Shown here: one piece after another, positions 39,694 to 47,574 of the stretch
Position numbering within the stretch: position 1 is the stretch's first letter
Layout of the letters: the number at the start of each line of letters is the position of its first letter
Source of the DNA: an uncultured virus (IMG/VR IMGVR_UViG_3300033170_000477)
Lineage: Duplodnaviria; Heunggongvirae; Uroviricota; Caudoviricetes
IMG/VR virus record: IMGVR_UViG_3300033170_000477
DNA length: 64,000 nucleotides
Reading direction: 5' to 3' (one strand)
Notes under the pieces: model-generated
Databases searched by the model: none
The model's input: the letters and a program-made list of their open reading frames with translations, nothing else
What the model was told of the DNA's origin: nothing
Translations under genes and position numbers: made by a program

Positions 39694-41178
39694 TTATTTG
39701 ATAAGCATTTTTCGAAATCGTTGATTTAGTAATGAAATACCTGAATAGATACCAATTAAAACAATGAAAATTTCTAATCTACCAAGTATCATACCAACCA
39801 TCTGAATGATTAATGTTGCTGTTCCTGTTGTTGGTCCGGTTAGCCCGATAGATAACCCAACTGTACCGAAAGTTGATGCAAATTCAAACATTGCTTCTGG
39901 GAGGGTGCTATTAGTTGTTAATGTAAGAAGAAGGGTACCAATAATAAATATACCAAGGTAACATGAAATAAAACCCAAGGTATCTACAGCAAGTTCTCCG
40001 TCAATAGGGGTTTTGCTTTGTGCTTTGAAATAATAGGGAGCTGTTACTCTACGTGAAGGGCTAATACGCTTGCGTATATTTTCCATAGTCACGCGTAATA
40101 ACAAATAAACTCTCGTAAGTTTAATACCTCCAGCCGTTGAACCAAAACCTCCACCGATCAACATAAGCAATATGAGAATACCTACTGAAAAAGGTGGCCA
40201 GTTAGTATAAGATACAGTGGAGTAGCCAGTCGTTGAAAGCGCTGAGACAATATTAAACAGTGATACCCGTATACTTTCTGTTGCACTCAAATACATCCCG
40301 TAAAACAGCGAGAAAGCTACTATTGGGACAAATACTGCAAGAAGCACCAACATAAAGCGTAGCTCACTAACCCGTTGTGCTTGTTTAAACTTCCTCTTTG
40401 TTATCATCAGTAGAACAGCAAAATTAGTTGTACCTATCAGCATTAGTACGATAGTGATTGCTTCGATAGCTAGACTATTGTATTCACCAATACTGTCAGC
40501 TTTAGTAGAAAAACCACCTGTAGACAGTGCAGACATTGTATGAAGTAAGCTATCAAATGGGTTCATTCCAAAAACAATATATAAAAAAGTACCGGTAGCA
40601 AGAAAAGACAGATACATTAGTAAAATAATTCGGGCAGTCCTTTTAAGATTTGGCATTAGCTTATCAGGATGCCCTTCGGCATTAAATAGATTCATTGACT
40701 GTTTTCCTTGGATAAACATAACCATTACCATGACAAATCCTAAGCCGCCGCAAAACTGCATAAAGCTACGATGGAATAAAAATATATTTGGAGTAACTGT
40801 CACATCAACTACAGATAGACCAGTAGTTGTCCATCCACTTACAGACTCAAATAAAGCTTGTACAAAGGTTAGTTGGCCTGATAACATAAATGGAATTGAA
40901 CCCGCTACAAATCCATAGAACCAAGCAAACAATACTGTCAAATGACTATATTGAATAGTTTGCAACCATTGTAATCTACTATCATCATGTTTTAATGTTA
41001 GACACAAAAACACTCCTAGGATAATTGATACAACAGATGGAATAAGAAATGCGATTGCAAACTTTATTTCATTTGGATAAAATGGCAATACTGAAAGGGG
41101 TACGGCAAGCAACAAACCAATTAGGAGTATTAGCTTCCCGATATTGTTACACTTATAAAAATAATCTTTTATTATCAT
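39694..41178 (-). CDS. trkH: TrkH family potassium uptake membrane protein
   Basis: FESVSGWTTTGLS, STGGFS, STTGYS, GSTAGGIK, GTVGLS, GRLEI. Confidence 0.93.
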   Translation of the reverse strand: MIIKDYFYKCNNIGKLILLIGLLLAVPLSVLPFYPNEIKFAIAFLIPSVVSIILGVFLCLTLKHDDSRLQWLQTIQYSHLTVLFAWFYGFVAGSIPFMLSGQLTFVQALFESVSGWTTTGLSVVDVTVTPNIFLFHRSFMQFCGGLGFVMVMVMFIQGKQSMNLFNAEGHPDKLMPNLKRTARIILLMYLSFLATGTFLYIVFGMNPFDSLLHTMSALSTGGFSTKADSIGEYNSLAIEAITIVLMLIGTTNFAVLLMITKRKFKQAQRVSELRFMLVLLAVFVPIVAFSLFYGMYLSATESIRVSLFNIVSALSTTGYSTVSYTNWPPFSVGILILLMLIGGGFGSTAGGIKLTRVYLLLRVTMENIRKRISPSRRVTAPYYFKAQSKTPIDGELAVDTLGFISCYLGIFIIGTLLLTLTTNSTLPEAMFEFASTFGTVGLSIGLTGPTTGTATLIIQMVGMILGRLEIFIVLIGIYSGISLLNQRFRKMLIK

Positions 41179-41843
41179 ATTTGTCCAGTCAACTCCTTAA
41201 TTGCAGCTATTTCCTGTTTGTCTGATGATATTAAAACAAGCATATCTCCAGCTAATACCCTGGTATCTCCACGTGGGATCATACTTTTTTCTCCGCGAAG
41301 AATACACCCAATAATAACCTCTTTGGGCAAATTAATCTCCCATAATTTTTTGCCTACAACAGGTGCAGTAGCTGATATAGGCACTTCTGCAATGCTGATA
41401 CGTGCTTCACCCGTTGGCAACAATGTTGCTATTCCTTCCAAAAATGTTTGCTGCTCTATTATATTAGTAATTGCATTTACTGCACAAATAACAGAGTCAA
41501 CTCCCATTTTGTAAAAGAAATCAGTTTTCTTTGGGTCATTAACAAGTGCTACGGTCTTTTTAATATTAAATTTCTTTTTACATAATTCACATATTACTAA
41601 ATTGTCATCGTCATTTGGAGTAAGTGCTATTGCAATATCTGCATCTTGTGCATTAGCGTCTTCCAAAACAAAAGGTTTGGTTCCATCACCATTGATAACA
41701 GTTAAAGAATCGATTTCAGCTAATATAAGACAATTTTGATAGTCGTTATTAATTGCTGTTACTTGATACTTCTTCTTTATTAATGACTGAGCTAATGATC
41801 GTGCTTTATTAAAACTTCCAATTAAAAGAACATGTTTTCTCAT
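41175..41843 (-). CDS. trkA: TrkA/KtrA-like regulatory subunit (RCK_N + RCK_C)
   Basis: GDGTKPFVLEDA, DDDNLVIC, IPRGDTRVLAGD. Confidence 0.88.
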   Translation of the reverse strand: MRKHVLLIGSFNKARSLAQSLIKKKYQVTAINNDYQNCLILAEIDSLTVINGDGTKPFVLEDANAQDADIAIALTPNDDDNLVICELCKKKFNIKKTVALVNDPKKTDFFYKMGVDSVICAVNAITNIIEQQTFLEGIATLLPTGEARISIAEVPISATAPVVGKKLWEINLPKEVIIGCILRGEKSMIPRGDTRVLAGDMLVLISSDKQEIAAIKELTGQI

Positions 41844-41845
41844 AG

Positions 41846-42292
41846 TTATTCCTCCCTGACATTTTTGGTTTTAATCAGTTTTCTAATTTCTTTTATGGAT
41901 AGGACAACAGGACAAATAGTATCAATACCTGAGTTATAATAAACACATTCTTTATCAGGGTCATTTAGCCTTGCTATTACACGCTCTTTTTTGAATAGTT
42001 CTTTAGCCATCTGTGCGATCATAATGTTAGTGTTGTCGTTATCTGTAACTGCAATTACCACAGTTGCTTTTTCTATTTGTGCTTCATGGAGCACATCAAT
42101 ATCAGTGGCATCTCCTGCAAGTGTGAGACCTCCAAAGGAGGGCGATAGTTTACGAAAAGAATCTTTATTGCGGTCTATTACCAAAACATTTTCTTCTTGA
42201 TCGGATAGTGTGTTAGCAAAACTAGCACCTAAGCGTCCGCAACCGGCGATGATTGTAAGGCTATTTGATTTTTTATTTGTTAATTCTTTCAT
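41846..42292 (-). CDS. TrkA-like RCK_N-only subunit
   Basis: GCGRLG NAD-binding motif, GDAT, TDNDNTN. Confidence 0.85.
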   Translation of the reverse strand: MKELTNKKSNSLTIIAGCGRLGASFANTLSDQEENVLVIDRNKDSFRKLSPSFGGLTLAGDATDIDVLHEAQIEKATVVIAVTDNDNTNIMIAQMAKELFKKERVIARLNDPDKECVYYNSGIDTICPVVLSIKEIRKLIKTKNVREE

Positions 42293-42698
42293 TTTTATTC
42301 CTCCTAACAACATGTCCAATACCATGTTCATCATATTCAACTTTATATAAGTCTTCTTTTTTTTCTTTTACACAATCAGTTTCATCATATGCGCACTTTC
42401 CTTTAGAAAAAAAAGTGCCGTAGTGCTCCAAATTGTGCTGAGCTGGAAGATAAGTGGGGTCAAGAGCCCATGCTGCTCGAAAGTGCTTCATGGCTGTTAG
42501 ATGATCCCCTTTTTTTTCAAGCAGAATACCAATTAAATTATGTGGCACAGGCGAATGGGGGTGGCTTCCTATAGCACCTTGTATAAGCAATTTACTTTCT
42601 TCATATTTGTGTTGTTCAATAAGTTGTCTTATACTAAAGCACAATTTATCCAATTCATGTTGGTTTTCTGATCTATCTATTTGATTCATAGTTTCCAC
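42273..42698 (-). CDS. Small TPR-containing protein
   Basis: PHNLIGILLE..GDH..AMKHFRAA..LDPTY.PA..NL. Confidence 0.7.
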   Translation of the reverse strand: METMNQIDRSENQHELDKLCFSIRQLIEQHKYEESKLLIQGAIGSHPHSPVPHNLIGILLEKKGDHLTAMKHFRAAWALDPTYLPAQHNLEHYGTFFSKGKCAYDETDCVKEKKEDLYKVEYDEHGIGHVVRRNKNERINK

Positions 42699-42735
42699 AC
42701 CTCCAATATATTAATCACAATTACTTCCTGAATAA

Positions 42736-42801
42736 ATAATACCAAAGATAATGTGAGGATGGTGTGAGGAGTGGACCTACCCTGTGAGAATTCTGTGAGA
42801 A
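42736..42801 (-). promoter_or_regulatory. Response-regulator direct repeats and extended -10 of the trk operon promoter
   Basis: TGTGAG at 42752, 42763, 42783, 42794; TGnTATTAT on the minus strand at 42736-42744. Confidence 0.65.
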
Positions 42802-42807
42802 ATAAGA

Positions 42808-42838
42808 AGACCGTTTTGGTAATTTACCAAAACGGTCT
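42808..42838 (-). terminator. Perfect inverted repeat/terminator after the response regulator
   Basis: AGACCGTTTTGGTAA/TTACCAAAACGGTCT. Confidence 0.7.
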
Positions 42839-42849
42839 ACAAATAAAGC

Positions 42850-43548
42850 TTATTCATCTTTAAGTCTATATCCGATGCCTATTTCTGTTATTATATATTG
42901 AGGTTTAGCAGGATTATTTTCAATTTTCCTTCGCAATCCAGACATTAGTGCTCTTAGAGCCTGTGTATCCGTCCCATACCCTACACCCCATATTTCTTTA
43001 ATAATATATCCAGTGGTCAATACTTTTCCAATGTTCTTAAAAAAGAGTGCCAACAGTTTATATTCTAGAGGAGTTGTATGTATTTCTGATTCATTTAGGA
43101 AAACTAAATGTTTATCCAAATCTATGCTCAGGCCAGAAACAGAAATAACAGTCTGGGTCTTACTTCCACCTTGTCTCTTTAAATGTCGTATTGCTACACG
43201 AATACGTGCCATTAGTTCTGTAGTAGAGAATGGTTTTGTTAGGTAATCATCAGCACCAGAATCAAGGGCCGCGGCTTTCTCCTTATCCTGGTCTCGTGCA
43301 GAGATTACAATAATAGGTATTTCAGACCATTCTCGCACTTTTTTAATAACATCCATTCCATCAAAATCAGGCAATCCAAGATCCAATAACATTAAGTCTA
43401 TTTGTTCCGATACAAGTATTCCAAGCGCTCCTTGTGCAGTGCCAGCGGTTAAGTAATTTAACCCTTCTTGTTTAAGAGAATAGCAAATAAAGTTTCTGAT
43501 CTGCGTATCATCTTCTACAACGAGTATACATTCTTTAAACTTATTCAT
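42850..43548 (-). CDS. kdpE: KdpE-like OmpR-family response regulator
   Basis: VEDD, LDLGLPD, GADDYLTKPF, LRRKIE.NPAKPQYI.TE.GIGYRL. Confidence 0.85.
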   Translation of the reverse strand: MNKFKECILVVEDDTQIRNFICYSLKQEGLNYLTAGTAQGALGILVSEQIDLMLLDLGLPDFDGMDVIKKVREWSEIPIIVISARDQDKEKAAALDSGADDYLTKPFSTTELMARIRVAIRHLKRQGGSKTQTVISVSGLSIDLDKHLVFLNESEIHTTPLEYKLLALFFKNIGKVLTTGYIIKEIWGVGYGTDTQALRALMSGLRRKIENNPAKPQYIITEIGIGYRLKDE

Positions 43549-45070
43549 TATTATCCACCTCCAAAGGGAGCTTAAAAATAATCTCGGTTCCTGGGCGTTC
43601 CGATCTATTCTTTGCTTTTATGGACCCACCATGTGCTTTTATAATTGTATCGCAGATGGCTAAACCAAGACCTATACCGCTTTTAACATCAGGAATTTTC
43701 ATCTGAGAAGTATAGAACATATCAAAAATATAAGGTAATTCTTCTGTTGATATTCCTGTACCTTCATCTTTTACTACAAATACTGCGGAGTTTGTATTCT
43801 CTTCTTTGATTACTAAGACACTTATTTCAGCTTTTGCTTTAGTATGTTTAATAGAATTATCTAAAAGGTTAACTAAGACCTGTTCGATGAGTTTGGCATC
43901 CATGGGTACAAAGAGCAATTCATCTGGTACACTCACAGTGACTTCGTATTCTGGTGCTCTCTGAGAAATCCGATTAACTGCACTACCTATCACTTCTTCT
44001 ACAGTTTCCATTTGCCTATTTAAGGTTAGCTTACCCTCCTGCAATCGAGTGAGATTTAAAATATTCTCTACTAGAGAGTGTAACCAGTTTGCATCATTAT
44101 GAATATTTTCTAGCAAAGGATATCGTGTATCACTGGATTCAGTCATATCCATAAGCATTTCCGCTGTACCCATAATTCCAGAAAGTGGAGTACGTAAATC
44201 GTGAGAAATTGACCGCAATAAATTTCCGCGATAACGTTCCTGTGTAGCTTCCTCACGCTCTTTGATACGTTGCTCAGAAGACATAAATCTGTCCATTGCT
44301 AAGCCTGTACTCTCTATCATAGAGTGTAATAGCTTTATCTGAGATACTGTCATTGCCTGAGCTCTTTCTTTGGGTATTCTGATAATACCTAGAATATTTT
44401 CCCTTCCATAGATTGGCCAGTCATAGAATTCAACTCCTATGTCATAGCCTGTTCGTAATCCATCTATCCTGTGTTTGAGCTCCACTATGTCATCTACTTT
44501 TCTACGCACTTGTTTTTCTGTTGTGCTCTGCTGGATAAAGGACAACTCTGGTAAACCATTACTATCGAAACAAAGGATAGCAGCATTACAATTGAAACAA
44601 TCACTTAATGCTTTTACACTTATACCCGCTATTTCATGTATATCTTTAGCATCTGTAAGATAGTTGGTAAGGTTATAAACAGCTTTTGTTTCTGCCTCTC
44701 TTTCTTTCGCAGAAAGTGCACTCTGTTTAACATGAGAAGTAAGAGTACTCGTGACAAGTGCGGTAATAGTCATAATAATAAAAGTTATAAAATAACTTGG
44801 ATCATAAACTGTAAATGTATAATAGGGTTCAGTGAAAAAAAAGTTAAAAGCAAAAGTGGCTATAAGTGAGGATAGGATGCCAAATATATATCCGTCAATA
44901 AGCCAGGAAGTCATAAGCACAGCTAACAGATAGATAATTACAATATTTGTTTCGGGAAAACCAATAAATCGAAAGGCATATCCTACAACTGAAGAGGCTG
45001 TAATTAGCAAAGCCATCAAGAAAAACTGAAACACATAATTATGTGAGTTGCCTATTCTTTGTTCAGACAA
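43541..45070 (-). CDS. KdpD-like sensor histidine kinase lacking the N-terminal KdpD/Usp domains
   Basis: 4-TM segment (AFNFFFTEPYYTF), SISHDLRTPL, NLLDN, DEGTGI, GIGLGLAI. Confidence 0.85.
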   Translation of the reverse strand: MSEQRIGNSHNYVFQFFLMALLITASSVVGYAFRFIGFPETNIVIIYLLAVLMTSWLIDGYIFGILSSLIATFAFNFFFTEPYYTFTVYDPSYFITFIIMTITALVTSTLTSHVKQSALSAKEREAETKAVYNLTNYLTDAKDIHEIAGISVKALSDCFNCNAAILCFDSNGLPELSFIQQSTTEKQVRRKVDDIVELKHRIDGLRTGYDIGVEFYDWPIYGRENILGIIRIPKERAQAMTVSQIKLLHSMIESTGLAMDRFMSSEQRIKEREEATQERYRGNLLRSISHDLRTPLSGIMGTAEMLMDMTESSDTRYPLLENIHNDANWLHSLVENILNLTRLQEGKLTLNRQMETVEEVIGSAVNRISQRAPEYEVTVSVPDELLFVPMDAKLIEQVLVNLLDNSIKHTKAKAEISVLVIKEENTNSAVFVVKDEGTGISTEELPYIFDMFYTSQMKIPDVKSGIGLGLAICDTIIKAHGGSIKAKNRSERPGTEIIFKLPLEVDNNE

Positions 45071-45258
45071 GAAATATCACCCCCGTATTTACCTGATTTT
45101 GTTCTCCCATCAATTGGCTTTTTAGCATCTTTAGGAACAAGCCATAAATTTCCTTTTTTAATTGCTCCTGATATACGACCTGTAGAGCAATAATAGTTTA
45201 TCATTCTAGCGGTAACTCCCCATCTTTCGCCAATTTCTTTGACCGTTAAATATTCCAT
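45052..45258 (-). CDS. Small HTH DNA-binding protein (excisionase-like fold)
   Basis: YLTVKEIGERWGVTARMINYYC..GRISGA.KKG..WLVP.DA.KP.DGR. Confidence 0.75.
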   Translation of the reverse strand: MEYLTVKEIGERWGVTARMINYYCSTGRISGAIKKGNLWLVPKDAKKPIDGRTKSGKYGGDISCLNKE

Positions 45259-45347
45259 TTGCTCACCACCTATTAAATGTTTTAGCAATTACTTATATTA
45301 GTATATCTCGAGATAAAGAAAAAAGCAAGATTAATATAACCAATAAC

Positions 45348-45501
45348 ATAGATATGTTCCCACAAACGATAGTCAATCTTAGATATGTTTCCAAGTACGA
45401 GCCTTGAAAAAAAAGGGGGTTGAAAAAATTTGGTTGATAGCTATCCTATCCTCTTAACGCACGTTGAGGCGGTAGTATTGATGTCAAGGGTAGATAAGTA
45501 A
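45348..45501 (+). other. Attachment-site junction with rlmD/rumA 3'-end fragments
   Basis: IDMFPQT (45348-45368), LDMFPST (45379-45399), HVEAVVLMSRVDK* (45460-45501). Confidence 0.7.
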
Positions 45502-45869
45502 GAGTGTAATAAGATAAGTAAATAAAGGCTTTCCGTGATTTGAGGTCTGGTTTTAAGCCGGAAGGATAATCACGGTTTTTTGCTTTTAGGGAAGTTATCA
45601 AAGATTGGTGAATTTGAAAAATCATCAACAAATATCGTCGATGACTAAGTGAGTTGATAAGATGGTTGGCAAAATAATAGTGAGTTGACAATGTGACTAT
45701 CAGATTGAAAGTTGAAATTGAAATATATATGCACGTGGAAGGCAATTAAAATAGCTATCCAGAAAATCCGGTGCCAATCATTAAATAAACGCATCCGTAT
45801 TTTTACGCCAATATCCACGGTGCAATTTATATCAATTTGGTATTCAAGTACCAAAAGTTAAATTAGCGA

Positions 45870-45898
45870 TTGACAAATTTGTTAAACCGTGATATTCT
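45870..45898 (+). promoter_or_regulatory. SigA-type promoter of the R-M locus
   Basis: TTGACA-17-TATTCT with TG extension. Confidence 0.65.
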
Positions 45899-45940
45899 TG
45901 ATTTATCAAATCAGCTATTGGTAAGGAGGAAAAATGAATT

Positions 45941-47560
45941 ATGACTAACGAGATTGAAAAAAACACCTTTGAATACTTAGATTTATTTAGAGGGTTTACT
46001 GAGAGTGACTCCTATCTTCCTGCTGCGCTTCTTGTGGCTGAAACAAAGGAAGAGTACTTTGACAAAAATATTTATGATGATTCAGAAGAGCGAATCTACG
46101 AGACTATGCTGACAGTTGCAGATAGGCTCGATATTATTAACCCGTTTAGAGATAAGACACAATTTACCAGAGTGTATAATGCCTATGATGTTTTTAAGGG
46201 AGAGGTCAACTGGGAATTGATTATTGCCCAGAGTGATAGAAGATATGGTGGGTACTCAGTAATTTCTAATGCTCTATCTGAAGAGTACGGCAGTCGCTTT
46301 AAACTTGACGCAGATGAGGTTCTTATTGCCGAAGGGGAAAAATTCGCTCCAAATCTAAAGAAACTAATCGATGAACATCCTGGTTGCAACTATACCATTA
46401 CAACTGAAGAAAAAATCAGTTTTCACATAATTAACAGAATTTTTGCTGGTTATAAAAATGTAAAAATATTGAATGCAAGTATATATCAATACGGTTTCAC
46501 AAACAGTCGTTACGATCTTATATTCTCTGTACCTAATTTCGGAACAAGAAATCTTGCTGAAGATGAAAATTTTATGAGTAGAGATCAAGATGCGGTAGCG
46601 CTTGAAAACCTGCTTCTTCATACAAATAATGGTGGTGAGCTTATAATCACAATGCCGGCTAGAATCACATTTGCTCATGGAAAGATTGGAGTGCTTAGGC
46701 AGTTTGTTCAACAGACTTATCGCTTAAAAGAAATTACAGAACTTCCAGAAGGTGCGTTTGAAGGAACAGGGATTAAAACTTACCTTATCGATGTAGTAAA
46801 TACCAAGCCAGGTGATGATGATGTGATAGTCCGTCGATATAAATCTGGTCCTCGTAAGAACAAACGTGATATGGCTAATAAATTTATTATCGATGAAGAA
46901 ACATTCGTTATGTTAGAGGAACTTGAGGAACTTGGTGATTGGAGTATAAATAAAATATTCTCTCAGCAAGATGAAGAGTGGATAAAATTCCAAGAATCAT
47001 CTATTCGTAAAATTGCTTTGGGAGATGTTGCTGAAGTTTTCCGAGGAAAATCAGTATCAAAAAAAGACCCAACCGGAAGTGTTGGTGTCGTTAACATCTC
47101 GAATATAGGTGATTACGATATTGATTATGATAGTCTAGATCACTTTGATGAAGAAGAACGTAAGATTTCAAACTACATTCTTAAAGAAGGTGACGTACTA
47201 ATACCTGCAAGAGGAACTGCAATTAGAACCTCTATCTTTCGCGAGCAGAGCTATCCATGCATCGCTTCATCTAACATCATTGTAATCCGACCTGAAGTAA
47301 AAATGCTTAGCAGCGTGTATTTAAAATTGTTCTTAGACAGCCCTCTTGGGCAAAAGATGATAAGTGGTGTACAACAAGGAAGTACAGTAATTAATATCAG
47401 CTATAAAGACTTGAATGCCTTGGAAATACCTGTTCCTTCAATTGAAGAACAACATATGAAGGCTGATGAATATGAAAAAGAGTTAGAAATCTACAAAGAA
47501 ACTGTTGAGGTTGCTGAAAAGCGCTGGAATAAAGTTTTAGATAAGCTACGAGAACTTTAA
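45941..47560 (+). CDS. Degenerate N6-MTase-like domain fused to a single HsdS-type TRD
   Basis: YDLIFSVPNFG in place of NPPF, ITELPEGAF..TGIKT; C-terminal LGDVAEVFRG...LEIPVPSIEEQ. Confidence 0.65.
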   Translation: MTNEIEKNTFEYLDLFRGFTESDSYLPAALLVAETKEEYFDKNIYDDSEERIYETMLTVADRLDIINPFRDKTQFTRVYNAYDVFKGEVNWELIIAQSDRRYGGYSVISNALSEEYGSRFKLDADEVLIAEGEKFAPNLKKLIDEHPGCNYTITTEEKISFHIINRIFAGYKNVKILNASIYQYGFTNSRYDLIFSVPNFGTRNLAEDENFMSRDQDAVALENLLLHTNNGGELIITMPARITFAHGKIGVLRQFVQQTYRLKEITELPEGAFEGTGIKTYLIDVVNTKPGDDDVIVRRYKSGPRKNKRDMANKFIIDEETFVMLEELEELGDWSINKIFSQQDEEWIKFQESSIRKIALGDVAEVFRGKSVSKKDPTGSVGVVNISNIGDYDIDYDSLDHFDEEERKISNYILKEGDVLIPARGTAIRTSIFREQSYPCIASSNIIVIRPEVKMLSSVYLKLFLDSPLGQKMISGVQQGSTVINISYKDLNALEIPVPSIEEQHMKADEYEKELEIYKETVEVAEKRWNKVLDKLREL

Positions 47561-47574
47561 TAGGAGGTATCATT

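Larger units (their letters stand above)
1..45459 (+). mobile_element. Prophage-like element 1 (siphovirus-type, serine recombinase cassette, phi-m46.1-like organisation); left end outside window
   Basis: Complete replication, packaging, head, tail, lysis and recombinase modules; right end inferred from rlmD-like junction at ~45460. Confidence 0.8.

Noticed and set aside
45446..45854. Minus-strand ORFs in the junction region and a second CACGTGGAA at ~45732
   Set aside because: No coding signal; the second HVE is not followed by an RlmD-like tail
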